Positions 9,475 through 19,198 of a stretch of DNA of 64,000 nt are shown here, piece after piece. Both the position numbers and the translations under genes were made by a program. A model generated the notes under the pieces. The model ran no database searches, was not told the origin of the DNA, and worked only from the letters and a program-made list of their open reading frames with translations. Source of the DNA: an uncultured Verrucomicrobiae bacterium (GTDB lineage Bacteria; Verrucomicrobiota; Verrucomicrobiia; Chthoniobacterales; UBA10450); assembly GCA_963735805.1 (NCBI GenBank), contig CAVTMK010000002.1, positions 768,001 through 832,000 on the forward strand, given 5' to 3'. Within the stretch, counting starts at the first letter, position 1. Each line of letters opens with the position of its first letter.

Positions 9475-10767
9475 TCACTCGTAACGCAACGCTTTCACCG
9501 GATCGAGGCGCGCGGCAAAGTATGCAGGAATGAGCGCCGCAATCGAACAGATAATAAAAGCGCTGATACAAATGATGGCCACATCTCGAGGGATGACTTC
9601 CGCCGGGATCGCCGAAAATTGATAAACTTCGCGCGGGAAGATTTCGATGTGCAATGTCGATGCCAGCCACTGGCTGAATTCGTTTCGGTAACGGATCAAC
9701 GTCATTCCGAGTCCTAATCCTGTCAGAGTCCCAAAGAGACCAACGATCGTTCCCTGTCCGAGGAAAACCCAAATGACTTGCGCGATGTTAGCCCCCAGGG
9801 CTTTCATGATTCCAATCTCGCGGCGCTTTTGTACTGTCACCGTGATAAGTGTGCTCATGATTCCAAATGCCGCGACGACTACGATAAAGAACAACAGAAA
9901 AAACATTACTGTGCGCTCGAGTCGTACGGCCTCGAAAAATTGGTGATTCATGTCAATCCAGGTCTGTGCGTATTCCGGTGGTTGAAGAAATTGTTCGATT
10001 GTCTGTTTTACACGTTCGGCGCTGTATGGATTGTCAGTTCTAACGGTGATGCCGTGCAAGGCGTCGCCCAGTCCATATAACTCCTGTCCTACATAAACCG
10101 GCACAAGGAGGTATCCCGAGTCGTGGAGGTAGTGGCCGGTTTCAAAAATCCCTGTGACGGTCAATTCCTTTGGCAAGATCACGTCACGCAATTTATCAAT
10201 CGCTTGCTTTTCCTCGTCTCCTTTTGCGTTTTCCAGCCTCTTAATCTCATCAAGAATCTGCCCAACATTGCCGGGCGAATAGATCGTCAGTTTATCGCCG
10301 ACCGAGATCCTTAGGCTGCGCGCGAGTTCGATGCCGAGCACAGCCGAATCGCCTTCCAGGTCTAGTTTGCCGTATTTGATGAATTTCCGCAGCGGTATGA
10401 CCTTCTCTTCTTCGCCAGGATCGATGCCGCGGATCATCGGTGTGGCGCGCTGGTTTTGAAACTCTGCGATTACCGGTCCCTGAATGTACGGAGCGGTCGC
10501 TACCACGCCGGGCGTATGATCGATCTTCGCTTTGAGTGTTCGCCAGTCGCGCAAGACGCCTTCTGAACTCACCAAAATGTGCGCATCGAAATCGACGACT
10601 TTCCGACGCAGCTCGCGATCGAATCCGGTCATAACGGAAATGACGAGTATCAGCACTGTCACACCGAGCATCACTCCAATGATCGAAATCAGGGTGATGA
10701 TCGAGAGAAACGTGCGCTTCGGCTTCAGGTACCGAAGCGCCAGGAAAAGACTAAACGGAAGATTCAA
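9475..10767 (-). CDS. lipoprotein-releasing ABC transporter permease (LolC/E family)
   Basis: 'LALRYL', 'VISVMTGF', 'KRREIGIMKALGA' and 'AARLDPVKALRYE'. Confidence 0.9.
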   Translation of the reverse strand: MNLPFSLFLALRYLKPKRTFLSIITLISIIGVMLGVTVLILVISVMTGFDRELRRKVVDFDAHILVSSEGVLRDWRTLKAKIDHTPGVVATAPYIQGPVIAEFQNQRATPMIRGIDPGEEEKVIPLRKFIKYGKLDLEGDSAVLGIELARSLRISVGDKLTIYSPGNVGQILDEIKRLENAKGDEEKQAIDKLRDVILPKELTVTGIFETGHYLHDSGYLLVPVYVGQELYGLGDALHGITVRTDNPYSAERVKQTIEQFLQPPEYAQTWIDMNHQFFEAVRLERTVMFFLLFFIVVVAAFGIMSTLITVTVQKRREIGIMKALGANIAQVIWVFLGQGTIVGLFGTLTGLGLGMTLIRYRNEFSQWLASTLHIEIFPREVYQFSAIPAEVIPRDVAIICISAFIICSIAALIPAYFAARLDPVKALRYE

Positions 10768-10814
10768 TTCAGGATTAGCGTGGCCGTAAACTTACTCGAA
10801 TTCAACCCCACGCC

Positions 10815-11177
10815 CTACTCGGAGAGTGCGTATGCTTTCAGTTCTTCTAAGGTGACGAACTCGAGCGCGGAGGCATGCGTTGCTTCAAGATCAACAGGCG
10901 CGGCGCGGTTATGGTCCAGCGCGCTTTTCCAGCGCGTGACACACACGCACCACTTGTCGCCCGGTTTCAGTCCTGGGAAACCCCATTCCGGATGCGGCGT
11001 GACAAGGTCATTTCCGTCGAGCACAGAGAAATCGAGAAATTCCTGCGTCACTTTTACGCAGACGGTGTGAAGCCCAATGTCTTCAGGCCCCGTGCGGCAA
11101 AAACCGTCCCGGTAAAATCCGGTCATCGGATCGCGACAACAACATTTCAGCTCGCTTCCCAGAACATTCGTCGGCAC
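10815..11177 (-). CDS. DUF2237 family protein
   Basis: 'NVLGSEL..C..DPMTGFYRDGFC', 'FPGLKPGDKWCVC' and 'LEATH'. Confidence 0.9.
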   Translation of the reverse strand: MPTNVLGSELKCCCRDPMTGFYRDGFCRTGPEDIGLHTVCVKVTQEFLDFSVLDGNDLVTPHPEWGFPGLKPGDKWCVCVTRWKSALDHNRAAPVDLEATHASALEFVTLEELKAYALSE

Positions 11178-11261
11178 GGCGCGATTCTAGCATTGGAGAT
11201 CGCTTTGTTAAATGTTGGATTGGTGAAAACATTCGTAGGAAGCGGAACGTATTCTTCAAGC

Positions 11262-11783
11262 ATGAAAAGGATCGCGATTGCCTACTGGCTTCTTCCTGCC
11301 GAACCGGCGCGCAGCTTTTTTCAGGAGGTAATCAATCATCTTGCGCGGCGATATGGCGCTCCTCCTTTCGAGCCCCACTTGACGATCCATGTTGGATCAA
11401 ATCGCGCAGGCACGGCTGAAAAAGCACTGTCCATGGTCGCGCGCGATTGCAAACTGGTCACACTCAAAATGCTTGAAATCGATCACTCCACTGAGTTTAT
11501 GAAGACTCTTTTTGTGCAGTACGCTATGACCGCACAATTGCAGCAGCTAAATCAAAGCATTCGCACTGCGACGCAAGACTCGTCGGATTACCGACTCAAT
11601 CCGCACTTGAGTCTGCTCTATAAGAGAATATCCAACCACGAACAGCGCCTGCTGACGCGTTCAATCGAAGTGCCGTTTATGGAAGTTAAGTTTGACTCAT
11701 TGAAAGCCGTCCGATGCATTTCGCCCACACAAAACCGCGCTGATGTGGAAGCATGGCGGATCGTGGCGGAGAAAGCGTTGTAG
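11262..11783 (+). CDS. 2H phosphoesterase (cyclic phosphodiesterase-like)
   Basis: Two HxT/S motifs: 'FEPHLT' and 'NPHLSLLY'. Confidence 0.8.
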   Translation: MKRIAIAYWLLPAEPARSFFQEVINHLARRYGAPPFEPHLTIHVGSNRAGTAEKALSMVARDCKLVTLKMLEIDHSTEFMKTLFVQYAMTAQLQQLNQSIRTATQDSSDYRLNPHLSLLYKRISNHEQRLLTRSIEVPFMEVKFDSLKAVRCISPTQNRADVEAWRIVAEKAL

Positions 11784-11859
11784 CCCCGCCTTGATGAGAT
11801 GGTGCTCAGTGCGTTCCAGTCAGCTCAGCTTCGCGCTTTCGCATTAGAAGGTTGCTACA
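11779..11859. repeat. degenerate GTAG-type element between convergent genes
   Basis: TGTAGC at 11779 and GCTACA at 11854-11859. Each end supplies the TAG stop of the flanking gene. Confidence 0.4.
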
Positions 11860-13714
11860 GAGACGGCGACGCCTTCAACGCTGGAGTAGGGCTAGGTTGG
11901 CCAGGACTCGGTGAAACCGTTGGCAGTGGACTTGCGGCTGCCCTGGCGATCTTGGTTTTTGCTTCGTCGAGCACTGACTTTTCCTCCGGGTAAATCTGGT
12001 GGTCCGTCGCGGCAACGTAGTCTTTTGCTGCGTCGATTTGGCCGGCGTCGGCCAGCAGTAATGCCGCGTAAACGGCGGCGTGCGGATCGTGTAACTGGTC
12101 AACTGGCAATGCTTGAATAATCGCAAGACCCTCTGTACTGCGGCCAAGACGATACAGCGAGAAAGCGTAAGTTACGGCGCAATTGACCTCGTTCGGTGCT
12201 CGATCATGTGCTTCTTTAGCAAGAGCATGTGAACGTTCGACATTTCGCTCCAGGGCGAGGCCCAGGCGCGCGAGATCCGCTGTGATCGGCGCCTCGTTGG
12301 GAGAGCTCTCGTGCAAACGCAGGAGAACATCATAAAGTTTTCCGGCATCATTATCTCCGCGATAAAGCCGGCGCAGCCTGTCCAGCGCCTCGCGCCGCAG
12401 AGGCGGGTTTTCCGACACGTGCAGCCACAGCTGTTCGGATTCTTTCTTCAAATCCCATTTCGAAGCGACACGTGCGAGAACAACTTCGCTCTCGGGCCGG
12501 TCATTTGCCGATTGTTCCGCGGCGTGCCACAGCGCACCAAATTCCGTGTTTCCGTTATCTTGCCGTGATTGACGCGTGGCGATTGCCTGATATGCAAGAC
12601 GCAGGTAATCGGATTCGCCCCAAACTCCTTTCCTGGTCCATCGTTTCAAACGTGTCCAATTTTTCGCATTGGCGTACGCGTCCGCCACAGCAACGGCGAC
12701 TCGTGACGAAGTCAGTTTCTCGGGCGGAAGCTTGTCGATCCACTTAACTATGTCATTGCTCAGTCCATTTTGGTTCATCCATTCCATAAGCGACGCGAGA
12801 TCGGATGAATTGCGCGCCGCAAAGGGTTTTACTCGTTCCATCGACACCCGGAATTTTTTCTCATCGAGCTTTCGATAAAAGTTCAGACAAAGAAGGTAAT
12901 CGCCGAAAGTTACGTCCGGCGACATCTGGACCTGTTGCGCGAACTTATCTGCCGCTGTGAGTTCATTACGTTCCACGGCGTCGTTAAGCAGCGCGCGCAA
13001 CGCGCCGGTCCGGTACGGGGCGAGCTTGCTAAGCCGTTCGAGATTCTCGCGGGCTTTTGCATTCTTTGCCGGGTCGCTGGAGTGAATTTGCAACGCCGCG
13101 AAGTTGAACTGGTACAGATCGTTACCAGGCTCTTTTCTTACGGCAGCGGCGAACTGTTGCTCTTGCTCGGCAAAATTTCCTTCAGCACGAGCCAGCCAGC
13201 CTGCGACGACATGGTAAGCAGCCCTGTCGCGATCACTGACAGGAACTTGATCGAGGGCTTTTCGGGCAAGATCGAGATTCCCAAAGCGCAACGAGGCGGA
13301 AGCAAAATTGAGCTGACTATCCGGATCTCTTGGGAGCAGGCGTGCAATTCGTCCGCGCCACGAGATCGCCTCCTCGAGGTTCTGTTTCTCTGCTGTTTCG
13401 GCTAATATGTAGAGCGCTGGCAGCGAATCGGGATGTTTTGCCAGCAATTCTCGCGCTGTCTGCGTTGCTTCACTGAGTTTTCCCTGCTGTAGCATCAAAG
13501 TGGCTTGGTGCAGCAAACTAGTTTGACGCCAGGTCTCATATAGTTTCGAGCCGTAACCAACAAAAAGGGTGCCTAGCAGAACAGTAATTGCCAATGCCCC
13601 GGTGATCAGAGCGAGACGAACAGGCCAGAGATGTTGGAAGAAAAACCCCAGATCAAAAAGCGATCGGCGAGCTTTTTTAGATCCGGTCTCTTCGGTTCGT
13701 TCCGCGATTTTCAT
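11855..13714 (-). CDS. membrane-anchored tetratricopeptide repeat protein
   Basis: N-terminal TM helix, then helical TPR-like repeats and a Pro/Ser-rich tail. Start is uncertain (13714 or 13762). Confidence 0.7.
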   Translation of the reverse strand: MKIAERTEETGSKKARRSLFDLGFFFQHLWPVRLALITGALAITVLLGTLFVGYGSKLYETWRQTSLLHQATLMLQQGKLSEATQTARELLAKHPDSLPALYILAETAEKQNLEEAISWRGRIARLLPRDPDSQLNFASASLRFGNLDLARKALDQVPVSDRDRAAYHVVAGWLARAEGNFAEQEQQFAAAVRKEPGNDLYQFNFAALQIHSSDPAKNAKARENLERLSKLAPYRTGALRALLNDAVERNELTAADKFAQQVQMSPDVTFGDYLLCLNFYRKLDEKKFRVSMERVKPFAARNSSDLASLMEWMNQNGLSNDIVKWIDKLPPEKLTSSRVAVAVADAYANAKNWTRLKRWTRKGVWGESDYLRLAYQAIATRQSRQDNGNTEFGALWHAAEQSANDRPESEVVLARVASKWDLKKESEQLWLHVSENPPLRREALDRLRRLYRGDNDAGKLYDVLLRLHESSPNEAPITADLARLGLALERNVERSHALAKEAHDRAPNEVNCAVTYAFSLYRLGRSTEGLAIIQALPVDQLHDPHAAVYAALLLADAGQIDAAKDYVAATDHQIYPEEKSVLDEAKTKIARAAASPLPTVSPSPGQPSPTPALKASPSL

Positions 13715-13775
13715 GTCGTGTCCGGGGCGCAACGATCCGCGTATCCCCTCCATTATGCCCACGCCGACCCTGAAG

Positions 13776-15137
13776 CTAAGAGCGAGTAGCTACCTCCACC
13801 TCATCAACTACAGGAATTGATTTGACTGACTCCTCGATCTTTTCCCTCAAACGCCGGCCCCAAACATATCGTCCCAGCAGCACCTTTATCGTAGCTGTAA
13901 GGGGGACGGCAAGGAGCGGGCCGATTACCCCGCCAATGATCAGGCCCCAGACAAAGATCGATACGATCACGGTCATTGGATGCAAACCAACGTACGTTCC
14001 AACAATTCGTGGAGCGTAGAATATTCCTTCGAGATTTTGTATTGCGACGAAAATGCCGGTGACAATGAGCGGATGTGTCCAGTCGCCCCATTGAAAAGCG
14101 GCAATCAGAACGGCCGGTACCCAGCAGACGATGATCCCGATGTAGGGGATCATGGTAAGCACGACTACCATCGCTCCAATTACCGGCGCAAAGTTGAGGC
14201 CGAATAGTGTCAACGCCGCACCGATGAGTATGCCATCGACCAGGCACACCAGGAGCTGGCCCCGGAAATAGGCGGTCACGTACGAATTGATCTGCGATAA
14301 TACTTCCGCCACTTCGTCTCGAAGAGGCGACGCTCGCAGAGGAAGATATTCCTTCCAGTGTTGCTCAATCCGCGGTTTCTCGTTGAGTAGGAAGAATAGA
14401 TAAATGGGTACCAGGATCAGACTGAGCAAGAAACCTGTGACGCCAAGAAAGCCACCAATACTTTTCTTAAGAATATCCCAGAACCTTTCCATCAGCGTCG
14501 GCAGCGCCTGCTGCAGGTTAGGCATTTGTTTCTCCACGTACGCCTGAATGCGTTGGCGTTCGGCAGTCGTCAGCTTTGGCTGGCTCGGCGCGATAGTTTC
14601 AGCAGTTGTGGTTGTGTCAAAAGCTTTTGGCGCAGAAGAGGCAGTCGGTTGGGCGTGAGGAGGAGATGTTCCGGGTCCGATGAGCCAGTTTGTAAAACTT
14701 GTTGAAGCTGATTTCCCGTGCCCACCGCCGAGAAATCCAAACGTTTGATCGAATCGATAGATCAAATCCACAACGTAGTCGCGAGCTCGTTCGGTATAAG
14801 CAGGGACTTGTTTCGCGAAATTCGTGCCTTGTATCGAGATGGTCGGGATAAGCCACGCAGCCAAACCACCTAGCGCAAAAAAGGCGATGGCAAAAACAAG
14901 TGCCACCGCCTTGGTGCGAGTGAGCGTCCCGCGCGACATTTTCGTTACCAGCGGGTCCAATAGGTACGTGAGGATCACAGCGATGGCCACCGGGATCAGG
15001 ATTGGTTGTAGGAAACTAATGATATTGGCACTAGTCCAAATCACCGTGCCGATGATCACGATAAGAAGAACCAGACAGAATGCCGTGAGCGCCGCCCAGA
15101 TCATCTTACGCTGCCACGGCGTGGGATAATCGTTCAT
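13776..15137 (-). CDS. AI-2E family transporter
   Basis: 'LTYLLDPLV', 'YFRGQLL', 'IPYIG', 'QNLEG...PRIVG...GLHP' and 'LLAVP'. Confidence 0.9.
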   Translation of the reverse strand: MNDYPTPWQRKMIWAALTAFCLVLLIVIIGTVIWTSANIISFLQPILIPVAIAVILTYLLDPLVTKMSRGTLTRTKAVALVFAIAFFALGGLAAWLIPTISIQGTNFAKQVPAYTERARDYVVDLIYRFDQTFGFLGGGHGKSASTSFTNWLIGPGTSPPHAQPTASSAPKAFDTTTTAETIAPSQPKLTTAERQRIQAYVEKQMPNLQQALPTLMERFWDILKKSIGGFLGVTGFLLSLILVPIYLFFLLNEKPRIEQHWKEYLPLRASPLRDEVAEVLSQINSYVTAYFRGQLLVCLVDGILIGAALTLFGLNFAPVIGAMVVVLTMIPYIGIIVCWVPAVLIAAFQWGDWTHPLIVTGIFVAIQNLEGIFYAPRIVGTYVGLHPMTVIVSIFVWGLIIGGVIGPLLAVPLTATIKVLLGRYVWGRRLREKIEESVKSIPVVDEVEVATRS

Positions 15138-15158
15138 GTTAGTTGCGAGAACCTGCAG

Positions 15159-17006
15159 TTACTGGGTCGGATTCGTTTTTGCGGGCGGGCCGTTGCCAAT
15201 CGGCGTCCTGGTTCTTTCGATCTTGTTCGCCAGGTTCTTATTTTTTGGATCGAGCGCCAGCGCTTTTTGCCAGGATTCCAGCGCTTCGGAAGTGCGATTC
15301 AATTTGAAATAGGCGTCACCAATATGTTCAAAGATAACCGGATCATCGTGGTCCGCAGTTTTTGCGGCGCGGAGCAGGTTAGTTAAGGCCTGATCAAATT
15401 TGGCCTTTCGGAACTCGACCCAACCAAGACTGTCGAGGTAAGACGCGTTGTCTGGCTCCAGTTCAAGGGCGCGCTTAATCATCGCTTCAGCTTCGTCGAG
15501 GTTCATGTTGTGATCCGCCCACATGTAACCAAGATAATTGCAGGCTTCCGCTGAGTTCGCTGGGTCGAGCGCAATTGATTTACGAAGAAGATCGGCCGCC
15601 TTGTCGTACAAACCGGCCTGCTCCGCCGTCGCACCGTAGTTGAAATAGAATTTGGCGTTTACAATGTCATTGTCCTGGTCCAGTTGCGCTTCGTGCAGTG
15701 CTTCCTCAAAAGTCGCCACGGCCTGCTGGGTTTGTTTCGCTTCGCTTTGGGCAATGGCCAGATAGTAGACGATCTCCGGCGCGCCCAAAAATCGGCGCCG
15801 GGCTTCCATGAGCAATCTGACTGCGTGATCTGCGTCCTTTAAGGGTCCAAGCAGCAGTTCTGCCAGGTGCAAATATGTGCCCACATGATTTGGATTAATC
15901 AGAAGGCTTTGCTCATAATTTGCGGCCACTTTCGCGAAGATCGCCTTTGCTTCGTCAACTTTCTTGGCGCGCTGGAGCGACCGCGCTTGATCATCCAATA
16001 CCTGCGCCAGTAAATCGTAGGGTTGATACTTTTCAGGATGCTCCTTGATGATTTGTTCGAGCATTTCAACTGCCTTTCCCCGCTGATTCGTCAGGATAAA
16101 ACCAGTGGCCAGTTTCTCTCGTGCGTTCGCGTCGTCCGGCTGCAGCTCAAGAACGCGCAGATAAAGCGGAATAGCCTCTTTCAGCTGCTGCGAGGCGGCA
16201 TAATAGTCTGCCACATCCTTTAGAATTCCAGGGTCATCGCCGGCGCGTTCAGCCGCTTTCTTAAAAATTTCGTTGGTTCTTTTCAGTTCGTCCGGTTTCG
16301 GCTGGGAATCGGACTTGAAAAGAAGCGCAACGTAAAGCTTCCCGAGTCGCATCCAAAAGTTGGCGTCGTCGCTGCGAATCTTCGTGGCGCGATCCAAAAC
16401 CTCGAGCGCTTTTTTTTCCTGTCCGGCGGCAACTTCAATTTCCACTAGGCGCTGGTATCCTTCGATGTCTGCAGGATTCAGGGTAATAGCCCGGTTGGCG
16501 TAATCGGTAGCCTGGTCGGTTTTCTTGAGATACTTCGCATAAATGTATGCGAGCTGCTGATAGGGGTCGGCATCGTTTGGATTTGCCTTGATTGCATCCT
16601 TCAATACGTCAATCGCCTGCGGAAAATCATCCTGGTCTATCAGCAAAGCGGCGACCCGAGAGGCGAGTTGCGACTGGCCAGGATCGACATTGAGTACCTT
16701 GCGGTACGCCTCCAGTGCGCGATCCATTTCGCCATTTTCTTCGAGGGACATTCCTTCGACAAAATGCGTGAGCGCATCCGCCTTGTGCGCGCCTTGAGGA
16801 CGCAGAGCAAGGTCCGCAGCTGGCTTGGAATTGGATGAATCGTCCTGACGGCCAGCTTTCCTGGTTACTGCGGACGAAAAACCGGTTTTTGACGACGAAT
16901 TTTTCGTTGTTCTACTGGCGACGGCGCTTGTCGCGACAAGTAAGAATAGTGCCGAAAAAAGACAACGCCTCGGCCAAATGCCCCAGTCCTTCTTGCGCCG
17001 CCTCAC
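15159..17006 (-). CDS. secreted tetratricopeptide repeat protein
   Basis: Multiple TPRs, with 'NYLGYMWAD', 'YLDSLGW' and 'EHIGDAY'. Start moved to GTG 17006 because the upstream extension runs into a repeat element. Confidence 0.8.
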   Translation of the reverse strand: MRRRKKDWGIWPRRCLFSALFLLVATSAVASRTTKNSSSKTGFSSAVTRKAGRQDDSSNSKPAADLALRPQGAHKADALTHFVEGMSLEENGEMDRALEAYRKVLNVDPGQSQLASRVAALLIDQDDFPQAIDVLKDAIKANPNDADPYQQLAYIYAKYLKKTDQATDYANRAITLNPADIEGYQRLVEIEVAAGQEKKALEVLDRATKIRSDDANFWMRLGKLYVALLFKSDSQPKPDELKRTNEIFKKAAERAGDDPGILKDVADYYAASQQLKEAIPLYLRVLELQPDDANAREKLATGFILTNQRGKAVEMLEQIIKEHPEKYQPYDLLAQVLDDQARSLQRAKKVDEAKAIFAKVAANYEQSLLINPNHVGTYLHLAELLLGPLKDADHAVRLLMEARRRFLGAPEIVYYLAIAQSEAKQTQQAVATFEEALHEAQLDQDNDIVNAKFYFNYGATAEQAGLYDKAADLLRKSIALDPANSAEACNYLGYMWADHNMNLDEAEAMIKRALELEPDNASYLDSLGWVEFRKAKFDQALTNLLRAAKTADHDDPVIFEHIGDAYFKLNRTSEALESWQKALALDPKNKNLANKIERTRTPIGNGPPAKTNPTQ

Positions 17007-17035
17007 GGTTTTAATGTTAGTCTCCGGGTACGATT

Positions 17036-17152
17036 TGTCATCCCGCGGTCGCAAAGGCGGCCGAGGGACTCTTACAGGGTGATTTATCACTTACCTGGCC
17101 AAGGTACATGCAGAGTTTATAAGCGAGGCTTCTCACTTCGTTCGGGATGACA
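17036..17152. mobile_element. miniature inverted-repeat element (TGTCATCCCG...CGGGATGACA)
   Basis: Perfect 10-bp terminal inverted repeats around a 117-bp intergenic segment. Both arms can also form local hairpins. Confidence 0.65.
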
Positions 17153-17200
17153 CCTGCGCAGGGCCCAATCGTTCGCCAGGCACGCCGCCGCACGCCCTGC

Positions 17201-17305
17201 CTACGCCTTGTACCGAAGACGCTTTTTATGCCGATTAGCTTTCATGCGCTTGCGGCGCTTGTGCTTGGCAATTTTCGCTTTTCGTCTTTTCTTAAGTGAG
17301 CCCAT
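17201..17305 (-). CDS. 30S ribosomal protein bS22-like (AURKAIP1/COX24 domain) small basic protein
   Basis: Manual translation: MGSLKKRRKAKIAKHKRRKRMKANRHKKRLRYKA (34 aa). Absent from the ORF track. Confidence 0.85.
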   Translation of the reverse strand: MGSLKKRRKAKIAKHKRRKRMKANRHKKRLRYKA

Positions 17306-17444
17306 TCAGGTTTTCGGATTTGCGAGTGCTGACTCAACCATTTAATCCGCTGTTCTGCAACTTGCTTCTTTGCAGTAGGATCAAACACTCATGCGACAGC
17401 AGTTATTGGCGGATAACAGCCTCGAGCGATTCGTTGGAATCCAA

Positions 17445-19130
17445 TCACTCTTTTAACATGGCATCGCGCTTTGCCTTGAATTCGGTGCCGGGTTTCCATT
17501 CCGGAAATTTGTCACCGTTGGCAACCTGATAGCCTACTTCGAACAAAAGATCGACATCCTGCACCGCGCCGGCGAGGTCCCAGTTCGGATCAACTTCATC
17601 CGACACCTGATGATAATGATGTGCGGTGTAATCGTCTCTCTTTTGCTGCCCGAAATCTGCCGGTTTGCCGACAAAATCTTTGCCAGCTCTCGTGTAAAGC
17701 GAAGGCACGCCGCGCTTCGAGAATTCGAAATGATCGGCACGATAGAAGGTGCCTTTTTCCGGTTCACTGTTCGGCGTCATCATTCGGCCGTTGCGTTTGG
17801 AGGCTTCCGCCAGCAAGTCATCGAGTGTGGAATTGTTGTTACTTAGGTCCTCGATGTCGCGCGTTTTTCCCCAGGGATTCACAGTGTCGATATTGACGTC
17901 GGCGAGCGTTTTCTCCAGAGGATAAAGCGGGTGCTCGGCATAATATTTGGCCCCGAGCAATCCTGCTTCTTCAGCGGTCGTGGACATGAACAACACCGAG
18001 CGTTTCGGCGGCGGATTTAACTTTGTGAAAGCGGTCGCGAGTTCAATGACGGACGCCACACCGGACGCATTGTCGATGGCGCCGTTAAAAATCTGGTCGC
18101 CTTGCAATTCGGGATGACGTCCCAGATGGTCCCAGTGCGCGGTATAAATGACATATTCATCCCGCAACTTCGGATCGCTTCCCTCGAGTTTGCCGATGAC
18201 GTTATGCGATTTGAACGAGCGCAGTTGTTGTTTGATGTCGATGTTAGCTTTGGCTTTCAAGGTGACTGGTCGGAATTCTTTTGTGAGTGCCGATTTCTTC
18301 AGAACATCGTAATCCTCATCGCACTCGGTCAGGAGTTTCTTTGCAGCATCCAGGGTTATCCAGGAGCGAACGCCCACCGCGTCCATATTTTTGTTGGGCG
18401 AATCGATCTCGTAGTTCTCCTTGGCCCAGCTCGTTCTTACGACTGAGTACGGATAACCGGCCGGCCCAGTCTCGTGAATGATTACGGCAGCCGCGGCTCC
18501 CTTTTGCGCGGCGATTTCGTATTTGTAAGTCCATCGACCGTAGTAGGTCATCGCGTTCCCTTTAAACATTTTTTCGTCGAGCTTTGATGGATCCTTCGGA
18601 TCAGGGATTGGAGGATCCCCGATCAACATCAACAACGTTTTCCCGCGAACATCGACACCCTTGTAATCGTCCCAGCCGTACTCGGGCGCGACGACGCCAT
18701 ATCCGACAAAGATCACATTCGAATTGTCGATCTTGATTTCCGATTGAAGACGAGCAGAGGAGGCGGTGAAATCGTCGGGATACTTCAGATCGATAGTTTT
18801 ATCGCCGATGACAAACGACATGCTGGGTTCGCTCTTAATTCCGGCAAGAGGAACTTCCTGCATGTATGTCCCATCTGGATTTCCAGGCTTCAACCCGATC
18901 TGTTTAAATTGATCGGTGATGTATTTAATCGATAGGTCTTCTCCTTTGGTTCCCGGCGCACGTCCCTCAAATTCATCCGACGCGAGAACCTTGATGTGCG
19001 CGAGCATCCCGTCCGGCGTGATCGCTTCCAGCGCTGGCTCCAATCGCAGCGCCAATTCGTCAGCGGCGAAGAGCGATAGGGCAGCGGCAAAAAAGAGTGT
19101 GATTGCGATAAACCAACTGGCGATTTTCAC
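17445..19130 (-). CDS. M28 family metallopeptidase with PA domain, secreted
   Basis: Signal peptide, 'LASDEFEGR', 'TAHWDHLG', 'GAIDNASG', 'AEEAGLLG', 'RADH' and 'YHQVSD'. Confidence 0.9.
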   Translation of the reverse strand: MKIASWFIAITLFFAAALSLFAADELALRLEPALEAITPDGMLAHIKVLASDEFEGRAPGTKGEDLSIKYITDQFKQIGLKPGNPDGTYMQEVPLAGIKSEPSMSFVIGDKTIDLKYPDDFTASSARLQSEIKIDNSNVIFVGYGVVAPEYGWDDYKGVDVRGKTLLMLIGDPPIPDPKDPSKLDEKMFKGNAMTYYGRWTYKYEIAAQKGAAAAVIIHETGPAGYPYSVVRTSWAKENYEIDSPNKNMDAVGVRSWITLDAAKKLLTECDEDYDVLKKSALTKEFRPVTLKAKANIDIKQQLRSFKSHNVIGKLEGSDPKLRDEYVIYTAHWDHLGRHPELQGDQIFNGAIDNASGVASVIELATAFTKLNPPPKRSVLFMSTTAEEAGLLGAKYYAEHPLYPLEKTLADVNIDTVNPWGKTRDIEDLSNNNSTLDDLLAEASKRNGRMMTPNSEPEKGTFYRADHFEFSKRGVPSLYTRAGKDFVGKPADFGQQKRDDYTAHHYHQVSDEVDPNWDLAGAVQDVDLLFEVGYQVANGDKFPEWKPGTEFKAKRDAMLKE

Positions 19131-19145
19131 ACCATACCGAGACGT

Positions 19146-19198
19146 TGTAGCGGCGTTGTGTCAAACGCCGAACTGATGATGCTTTGGCACAGAACTAT
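19146..19198. repeat. GTAG-type REP-like element
   Basis: TGTAGCGGCGTTGTGTCAAACGCCG forms a CGGCGTT/AACGCCG hairpin, similar to the 7894 copy. Confidence 0.6.

Noticed and set aside
8961..11783. SLOG protein plus 2H phosphoesterase as a nucleotide-signalling defence system
   Set aside because: They are separated by housekeeping genes, and no cyclase or effector is nearby.
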